Shown here: in pieces, positions 1 to 6,571 of the stretch
Layout: each line of letters begins with the position of its first letter
Position numbering within the stretch: position 1 is the stretch's first letter
NCBI GenBank assembly: GCA_009103225.1
Contig: RHPI01001638.1
Span: 1-6,571 of the forward strand
DNA length: 6,571 nt
Direction: 5' to 3'
Source: Chlorokybus atmophyticus
Taxonomy: Eukaryota > Plantae > Mesostigma and Chlorokybus algae
Notes under the pieces: generated by a model
The model's database searches: none
Told to the model about the DNA's origin: nothing
What the model saw: only the letters and a program-made list of their open reading frames with translations
Made by a program: the position numbers and the translations under genes

Positions 1-148
1 CTGGTTTAGAGCGTGGTTGACAGCAACAAACTCGGACAGCGCTCTGGGTTCCATGGCATGACAGCACAGTATTACTCTACGATCGCGATAGTATGCGAGT
101 ATCCTTGTACTGTAGTACCATTAACAGATGGAGTACCATTCATGTTGA

Positions 149-192
149 TGCAGTACCATGCATGGTACTGCAGTACCATGCATGGTACTGCA
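149..192. repeat. 44-bp perfect palindrome made of two tandem self-complementary 20-mers (CAGTACCATGCATGGTACTG)
   Basis: TG+(CAGTACCATGCATGGTACTG)x2+CA equals its own reverse complement. Extra GTACCAT copies lie at 115 and 133. Confidence 0.95.
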
Positions 193-255
193 ATAGCGTA
201 TAAGGTACAGTCGTGCTTCACTTGAAGTTTGACCCATTTAGGGTTCGTAAGCTGG

Positions 256-319
256 CCCTAACCCTAAATTGATGCCCATACCCTAAANCCTAACCCTAAA
301 TTGATGCCCATACCCTAAA
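256..319 (+). repeat. Two tandem 32-bp units containing telomere-like CCCTAA/CCCTAAA
   Basis: CCCTAACCCTAAATTGATGCCCATACCCTAAA at 256-287 and 288-319 (N at 288). ATTTAGGGTT at 236-245 is the inverted complement of 260-269. Confidence 0.9.
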
Positions 320-362
320 GTCTCGCTCAGTTTGTGGGCAGTCGTGCCGATTCCTATTTTGC

Positions 363-2091
363 ATGATGTCGGCGGCAGCAGTTGAATCACCCTCACCTAG
401 GAGACCATGCTTGGTGTGCCCACAATGCAATGCGTACGTATGTGCCAATGGCCGTAGGCAGCAAATGCGAGCACACTTGACCGAATGCCAGCGAGTGCAG
501 ACAGTGTGCCACGTTTTTAATGCTGCTTGCTGGCATCACACCACACACAATGTCGACGTGTTTGGCTGCCGCCTCGGCCAAGTGCTGTGCAAGGAACCCG
601 AGTTTTTCCATTGCGTGCAGTGCGTGTGCGAATCGTGCTCGCGCTCATGCTTCGAGTGGCGAGGGGAACCCATGCGCTTCTTCACATGGACAACACCGGG
701 ACATGTGGTTAGTGGACAGGTGGTGGATGCTGTGGAGGTAATCCACAAGAGTGGACCGCGACGTATCACTGCATGTTATGTTGGGCGTATGCTTATTTCA
801 TGCATACTGAAGCTGTTGTCGCATTCAGAGCAGTCTTGCACGGTGTGGGCGTGGGCAGTTCCATCCCCTGGCCGCTGTAGAAGAGGCAGACCATCGATCG
901 TTGGACAGCGCACTGCATCGGCTGCGGAACGCAGTTAAGTTGGGATGCGAGCAGCTGATCGGTGTGAGTGTCATGGTGCATTGGCCGCTGGATGGGGAAT
1001 GGTATGCGGGCGTTGTGGAATCATTCAAGCAAGCGTCAGGTCAGCATCGCTTCGTGGCGTGCGAGATTGAGGACGCATCATATATGCATGGTGCAATGGA
1101 AAATGTCTTTGCAGGGCAGCACCGTATAGTATTCGATGACGGTGATCGACCACAAACCATCAACTTCAAAGGGCACAACGTATTCGCGTACACATCAGTT
1201 GACGGGGCACGCCATGTTCTGCGCGCCGGAGGGGAGAACGTCAGTCGCAAAGTAAGCCCGGACGGCATCATTGTTAGTCCCTGGCCAGCACCACGGCCAG
1301 CCTTGACCACATACACGCCATTTGACAACAAGCTGGGACGCACACGCAGACCAAGGGCACTCGACCTATTCTGCGGCGGTGGCGGTGCCAGTGTCGGTCT
1401 ATACCACGCAGGCTTTGACGTGACCGGGATGGACATAAGTCCCTCCTCTGAGTACCCGCTGCCCTTCATACACCGCGATGTATGCACCCTGAGTGCAGGA
1501 GAGCTGAGCGAGTACGAGCTCATCTGGGCCAGTCCACCATGCCAGGCCTATTCAGGTGCTATCCCGGCACCTCAACGGGCGGCACATGGCACATCCTGGA
1601 GACACCAGGATATGATACCGCTCGTCCGACGTCTGCTGCTTGCAAGCCAGGTCAAGTTTGTGATTGAGAATGTGCCAGGAGCAGCTTCCTCATTCAGACC
1701 CAATCTGTCCCTTTGTGGCACGATGTTTGGCCTATCAACTTTCCGACACCGTCTGTTTGAGACACAGCCAGTGGTAGCTACCCCACCAGCACGCTGCTCG
1801 CACGCGGGCAAGGCAGTTGGACTGCTATCGCCGCACCTGTCCGCTAGCGCGAAGAAGACAATCGTGACATCAAACGCGCCACAGCAGATGTACCCGGTCT
1901 ATGGCCTTCCAAGCACCAGGGGCGGCATTGCTGCGTGGCAAACAGCGCTGGGAGTGCCATGGATGACCTCGGCCGTTTCCATAGCGAATGCAGTTCCTCC
2001 CGCAATGGCGGAGTGCATAGGGCGTCTCATGCTTGAAACAATGGATATGCGCTGTGACTACCCTCCTGTGTCATGGAACTATGAGGCTTGA
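363..2091 (+). CDS. Spliced Cys/His-rich (putative Zn finger) - Tudor/Agenet - C5 DNA cytosine methyltransferase fusion, about 520 aa; predicted exons 363-737, 829-1039, 1115-2091
   Basis: C5-MTase motifs occur in canonical order: I DLFCGGGG (F at 1369), II GMDI, IV WASPPCQ (catalytic C at 1540-1542), VI IENV (E at 1666), VIII RHR (1744-1752), X-like IANAVPP (1981-2001). The Tudor signature VMVHWPLDGEWYAGVVESF..SGQHRIVFDDGD becomes contiguous once the 75-bp intron 1040-1114 (GTCAGC..TTTGCAG) is removed. Intron 738-828 (GTAATC..ATTCAG, phase 0) joins ORF 363-938 in frame to ORF 901-2091. MTase identity is firm; the 5' exon join is less certain. Confidence 0.88.
738..828 (+). other. Predicted spliceosomal intron 1 of the methyltransferase gene (91 bp, phase 0)
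   Basis: GAG|GTAATC donor and ATTCAG|AGC acceptor. Removal puts the ATG at 363 in frame with the MTase, whose listed ORF otherwise starts at TTG. Confidence 0.7.
1040..1114 (+). other. Predicted intron 2 of the methyltransferase gene (75 bp, in-frame, phase 1)
   Basis: CAG|GTCAGC donor and TTTGCAG|GG acceptor. Removal eliminates a duplicated GQHR and restores normal Tudor spacing (ESFKQASGQHRIVFDDGD). Confidence 0.8.
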
Positions 2092-2294
2092 GTGTGGTGC
2101 ACTGTATTGATGCTTAATGCCACACGGCGGACTGATTGTTGAATGTTGCATGGAACATTCGATTGTGGTGACAGTTGTGCAGTGACAGCTGCCCGGTATT
2201 GTACACGTCCACATGCAAAAGTCTTAGCATACGATTAGCAATGCCTAACTGACTGATATGCTCCAAACTGAGAGTAGTGAGACAAGTACATGTG

Positions 2295-5200
2295 TCACGT
2301 GGAAGTGCAGTGAACGTTCACCCAATACTTGCCCTCTTGTACACGGGCGCTGTCCTTGTCAAACATGGGGAGCAGCTGGACAATGCCTTTTACTTGCTCC
2401 AGAGTCACGACATCGAGATGTGGACCGCCTCGACGCTTTTCCCATTCCAGAGCGATGCACTTTGTGTCGCTCGTCACATCCAGCTTCGTGTACCAGCGGA
2501 CAAACACGACCTCCTTCCACACGCGCTCGCCGCTACCACCCCACACCACCACGCGCAGAAAAAGGAGTGCCTGAGCCCACCACGTCACGTTCACACCGTC
2601 CTCATCACCTTCCAACTCAAGTGTAGAGAACCAAGGCCGCCCATGGAACATCCCAGTTGCGCGCGCCATGCTGACTCCTGATGTCATGTACACCGCTGCG
2701 CCTCCGTTCACCACGCGAACAGCACGCCACCCGTCGGCCAACTCCAGTTGTTCCCTCCTCAACCAGCTGTCCAGGGTGGCAGGCAGCTTGTCGGCAAATG
2801 GAGTCTTCAAGGCGACTTGGCGGCTACGCGCAGATCCGCTCCAGTACGGGCTGGACTCCCTCCTTGTCAGCACATCCATCCGTAGCAACTTGTCCGTCTT
2901 CTCCATGACATTACAGCACTGCTGCCGCGCCTGCGCCATGACCGAGCGCATCTCGGGATCCACGACCATGCCATCCTCTCTCACATATTCCGCACAGCTC
3001 CATGCCTTCAGGATACGTGCCTGGTAGTCCCGGTTGTTGCCACCACGCGCCCACCGTTTGATATTTTGGGCGTGCGTCTGCTCCATGCGGTTGGCGCTGA
3101 ACCAATCTGGGTGTCCACTGCTGACAATTGCCGGCCCAAAATGAGTGAGCTGATGCATCTTCTCGATCTTCCAACCTGACTTCTGTGCAGAATATGACGA
3201 CAGTAGCGGATGCAACACTGCAGCTTTGAAGGCAGCCAGCTCGTTGTCGGCTGTGGTCAGGGTCTCTCTTGTGTGTTCATGCGCCTTCAGCAACTTCTTG
3301 TTCCACTGGGCAAGCGATGCGGCAGCAATGGTGAAGAAATCGTTGCCCTCACTGTCGAGCAGCAAACCGTCTGCGAGGACCGGCAGCAGCTGCAGCACCG
3401 CCACTTTCTCCACCACCTGAAAGGAGTGGTCGGACAGGAAGAAATCTACTGTGCTTGTGGGTGCCTTGAAGTGCGAAACCCGCAGAGTCGCCTTGCATGC
3501 ATTCAGCCTGTGCACATCTGCTCGTGAGCACGTGTTGTTGGCTTTTGTGTTCAACACAAAAGCAACACCAAAGACGTGCCTGGCCTGCAGAATCTGTCTC
3601 GTGGATGGACGCATTCGTTCCTTCGCGGCGTCGTACACAGCAGCAAGCAGGTGGTCAATGATGCCTCCCAGCACATGCATTGCGTCAGGGGCAAGACGAG
3701 AGTAGCAGTCAGCTCCCGGCACCCGCGACTGTCGCCAACCCCACAGTGCATTCTGTTGCCAAACCACATTGCCTGGTTTCACGGAAAGCCATTCATCCTC
3801 ACGAATGCCGGTAATTTGACCATTACCTCCTCGACATGCATGGAGTGCTGCTCTTTGAAAGCCTTGGCTGTCTGGCGTGCATTCCTAACACCGCTATGCA
3901 GGTCCGCCCGCAGCTGACGTATTGCTGGTGTGTAGAAGGCCTCGGTTCTCAATTCCCGGTCCTCATCCATCTCCAACAGATCTGATTTGGTGACGAGACA
4001 AACATCGCAAGGATGTCGTGTTTGGTTGCCCGACACAGTGCGTGCGAGTGTGGCAGTCTCCTACAACACGACAAACTCAGATGTTCTACTGACAACATCC
4101 TCCATGCACTGTTTGCTGGCAGGCTGCATCCGGTTACAACCATTCATGCCCACTACCTGCAAATCGCTGATGTAGTTGGCAAGCGCGGGAAACACACGAC
4201 GCTCGATGCCATTCGGGTCGATGAGCTGCAGACCTTCCCAACTCGCCCGCTTCACATCCCCTAACACTACATTCAAAGCGTCATGAAAAATCTCACGTTT
4301 CCGAATGGAGAACGATTCCTTGCCCTGCGCCCAGGTGGGATGCCCGGCCACTGCGTGAACCACCGGCAGAAGCGCTATCATAACAACCCCCATGTTGCTA
4401 GCATACATGTCCCAACTGTAGTTGGCAAGCGATGCCATCAGAGGGTAGCCAGAGCGCTTGCCCGCGCTGTCCAGCGTGGTCTTGTCACTGTACAGAATGG
4501 CAGGCGCCAAGTAGGACGCTTCCCCCACCTCTCTCCTCAAATCCACCTCCACATCCTTCCACCAATCGCCCGTGGAAGGATGGCCAAAGCTGTGCTCGTC
4601 ACCAGTGTACTGGAGATTGAAGCCATTGGCGGCATGTGGATTGCCATACAACCGCGCGAGCCATACCTGCTCCGACCAAGAGCATTACTTACTATGCTGG
4701 CCTCAGAATAGATACTGCATCGATACTGCATTAGGTACTGCATTTCACAGACCTTGGCCGGCATATATGTGACGCAGATGTCCTGATCCTCAGGGTCTCC
4801 AGGCTTGCGCAGGTCAGCCGTCACGTAGTTCTGATACGGCAGCACACTCGCATGTGCATATGTGACATGGCTCTGATGGTTGAAGCACATGCACCGCACA
4901 CCGTGAACACACCTCAGACTGAGAGAAAGCAATCGTGGTCCGGAGGTAGCTGGCCACATGCACACCGGTCTCCCACTGGAGCTCTTCCGTCAGGAAGTGT
5001 GCATTTCGGATGCACTTGATGATCCGCCCCATGTCGGAGGCCGACAGGCCTTGGCCGTTGTTGCACTGCACGAATGCCACTGCAAGAGCATGCTCCGAGC
5101 CATACCACCTGGATTCCGACGCGTGCGAAGGGACGCCTCCACTTCCATGTTGGCGTGCCACAGGTTTCTCAGGCACACGCACACATCGAAAGCCCTCGTT

Positions 5201-5437
5201 CACTTCCTCCTCCTCCTGTTGCTGCTGTGCGTGTGTCTCCTGGAGGAATCCTTCAGCATCAAGCATGTGAGCATCCTGGATCGAACTCCCCGGTTCAACA
5301 TGACCCGCATCGTACTGTAATGGACGCTGGCCGACATACAGCTTGATCTGCTTGCACACCCTGCTGCTAATAATGTGCATGTAGACCGAGCTGCGTGTGG
5401 CGAAGCGCATGTGGCAATACGGACAAAGGACTCCCAT
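2295..5437 (-). CDS. Plavaka-family transposase (CACTA/Mirage-related DDE), spliced; predicted exons 5437-4913, 4830-4753, 4666-4157, 4060-3827, 3752-2295 (934 aa, or 910 aa if a GC-AG intron at 3579-3508 is removed)
   Basis: N-terminal CPYC..H..C finger, then VWLARLYGNP, GDWW, PAILYSDKT (D at 4486), GYPLMASLAN, REIFHDAL, LANYISDLQ|E (D at 4165), HPCDVCLVTK, PDAMH (DxxH, D at 3686), KMHQLTHF, ANRMEQTH (E at 3083), and C-terminal RATGMFHGRPWF..VRWY..LLPMF..YWVN. These match my recollection of Plavaka transposases. Four phase-0 GT-AG introns (82, 86, 96, 74 bp) join four separate ORFs plus a 78-bp exon without frameshift. Confidence 0.88.
4711..4743. repeat. Three short G(A/G)TACTGCAT repeats inside transposase intron 2
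   Basis: GATACTGCAT at 4711 and 4722, GGTACTGCAT at 4734. Confidence 0.8.
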
Positions 5438-5504
5438 ATCTCACTACTAACGTCGACACAGGTGTCGCCAATGTAACCTGCATCATATCCAGCAACACGC
5501 ACAC

Positions 5505-5536
<32 letters not shown>

Positions 5537-5560
5537 GCCACCGCCACCGCTACCGCTACC
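5505..5560 (+). repeat. (CCG)9 microsatellite decaying into (CCACCG)3 CTACCG CTACC, upstream of the transposase ATG
   Basis: Read directly from the sequence. Confidence 0.95.
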
Positions 5561-5606
5561 CTTGCATGCCAGAGGCGGGAAACTTGGCCGCCAGTCACTA
5601 GCTCCG

Positions 5607-5814
5607 TCGTACCATTATAATGGTACGATCGAGCCATTGCACGTCCAGGGTGAGTCTCTGGATATTTTTATATACATATATGTTCCGATTGAACCGTTTC
5701 AATGGTACGAAGATGCCTTTGCCAAAAGGTATAGGCATTGTACAAAGGTACCATCAAAATGGTAACTTTGTACAATGGCAATGGCAGTCCCCCTGCGCAT
5801 GAAAATACCATTGA
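5607..5814. repeat. Palindrome-rich 208-bp segment flanked by the 8-bp direct repeat TAGCTCCG (5599-5606 and 5815-5822); subterminal repeat block or MITE-like insertion
   Basis: 22-bp perfect palindrome at 5607-5628, hairpin at 5736-5777 (19-bp arms, 1 mismatch, 4-nt loop), and smaller inverted repeats at 5688-5703 and 5713-5738. Confidence 0.7.
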
Positions 5815-5827
5815 TAGCTCCGCCAAG

Positions 5828-6196
5828 CTATGTCCTTACAGGGGCGTGATGCCGAGGGTATGTGGCGTTTAGAAGATCGTTGGCGGCGCTGCCAGGGGCG
5901 TAGTGGGCATTGTGGTCGAGGTCCGGGATGAATTCCATGTTCGCACAGGGCGGGCAGGGTGCCGGAGGGGTGTCCTCGGTGTCAAACCCCACCAAGACTA
6001 CCAAGGGCACATCCAATGACAACAGTGACTCGGGCGATATCTTACAGGGCTCCCCCTCCGAGTGGGCAAAGGCACACCACAATACTGCCTCTAAGAAAAT
6101 CCGACCCACCAGCAGCTGCGACCACGGCGACATGATTGAAGGGACCAAACAAGACTGGCATAACCAAGGTGGGTTACGATGCACTGTCAATGCCAC
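5828..6196 (-). CDS. Hypothetical ORF or exon of unknown function
   Basis: 122-aa ORF whose 3' half (FDTEDTPPAPCPPCANMEFIPDLDHNAHYAPGSAANDLLNATYPRHHAP) has mostly C/G-ending codons. No recognisable family. Confidence 0.3.
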   Translation of the reverse strand: MALTVHRNPPWLCQSCLVPSIMSPWSQLLVGRIFLEAVLWCAFAHSEGEPCKISPESLLSLDVPLVVLVGFDTEDTPPAPCPPCANMEFIPDLDHNAHYAPGSAANDLLNATYPRHHAPVRT

Positions 6197-6487
6197 ATGC
6201 TAGGGTTCTTTTATCTTGCACATGCACAGCCTCAAGTATCTTGCACTTGACATACATTGTCAATACGACATGCACACCCTCATGCACAACCTCCAGTGTC
6301 ATGCACATGAACATCATGACCAATCTCGCAAATGCACAGCCTATTTCTACTTGCGGGAGCTCACAAGTCGCAAAAGAGAAGCTGCGGAGTCAAACGAACG
6401 GGTAATCTANAACCTAGTTTCATGTTTCCAGCGGTAATTAAGCAGTATGCTTGCAGATTGCCATGTTGGTCAGAGTGAACCAAGAGC

Positions 6488-6571
6488 AGGGTTAGGGTTA
6501 GGGTTAGGGTTAGGGTTAGGGTTAGGGTTAGGGTTAGGGTTAGGGTTAGGGTTAGGGTTAGGGTTAGGGTT
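6488..6571 (+). repeat. Telomeric repeat array (TTAGGG)13, running off the window end
   Basis: AGGG at 6488-6491, 13 perfect TTAGGG at 6492-6569, then TT. The orientation is that of a right chromosome end. Confidence 0.97.

Larger units (their letters stand above)
105..5814. mobile_element. Putative Plavaka DNA transposon carrying a methyltransferase passenger gene; boundaries approximate
   Basis: Transposase plus convergent MTase, flanked on both sides by clusters of the same GTACCAT/ATGGTAC motif, reminiscent of CACTA subterminal repeats. No clear TIR or TSD found. Confidence 0.55.

Noticed and set aside
115-192. CRISPR-like array
   Set aside because: The repeats are directly adjacent with no unique spacers, and the context is eukaryotic.
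1252-1300. Strong GTAAGC donor suggesting a third MTase intron
   Set aside because: No phase-compatible acceptor at a plausible distance, and the frame is open through the region.
901-2091. Bacterial restriction-modification methylase or contamination
   Set aside because: The gene has spliceosomal introns and a Tudor fusion, has no partner endonuclease, and sits on a telomere-bearing sequence.
2258-5346. Numerous plus-strand and alternate-frame ORFs over the transposase, and minus-strand ORFs over the MTase
   Set aside because: These are shadow ORFs typical of GC-rich coding DNA and show no recognisable motifs.
2273-5448. 10-bp inverted repeat AGTAGTGAGA / TCTCACTACT closely flanking the transposase CDS
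   Set aside because: It is short enough to arise by chance, has no TSD, and would leave no room for a promoter.
5200-5637. 145-aa minus-strand ORF with VAVAVA/poly-Ala
   Set aside because: It is a translation of the CCG microsatellite and overlaps the transposase start out of frame.
5596-5905. CACTA (5596) ... TAGTG (5901) as termini of a small CACTA element
   Set aside because: Complementarity does not extend beyond 5 bp and the 3-bp flanks differ (AGT vs GGC).
6216-6437. His/Cys-rich ORF faintly resembling a KDZ transposase segment (DIHCQY..H..H..C..ER)
   Set aside because: It has a TTG start, is short, and its MH richness is explained by ATGCAC repeats. An HMM search would be needed to revive it.
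256-6571. Nanochromosome or linear element capped by CCCTAA on the left and TTAGGG on the right
   Set aside because: The left units are interrupted, embedded in 32-bp repeats and preceded by 255 bp of non-telomeric DNA.

Overview
Eukaryotic sequence ending in a TTAGGG telomeric array (6488-6571, G-rich strand running to the window end). Two intron-containing genes lie tail-to-tail, 203 bp apart. On the - strand (5437->2295) is an apparently intact Plavaka-family (CACTA/Mirage-related DDE) transposase of about 910-934 aa, rebuilt from 5-6 exons. On the + strand (363->2091) is a predicted 520-aa protein with a Cys/His-rich N-terminus, a plant-type Tudor/Agenet domain and a compact, phage-like C5-cytosine methyltransferase. 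The pair is bracketed by two clusters of palindromes built on GTACCAT/ATGGTAC (115-188 and 5609-5754). Telomere-like CCCTAA(A) units lie upstream of the methyltransferase and a (CCG)9 tract lies upstream of the transposase. Best reading: a subtelomeric DNA transposon carrying its own chromatin reader-writer methyltransferase. Exact element termini and TSDs could not be identified, so physical linkage of the two genes in one mobile unit is inferred. Family assignments come from motif recognition, not database searches.
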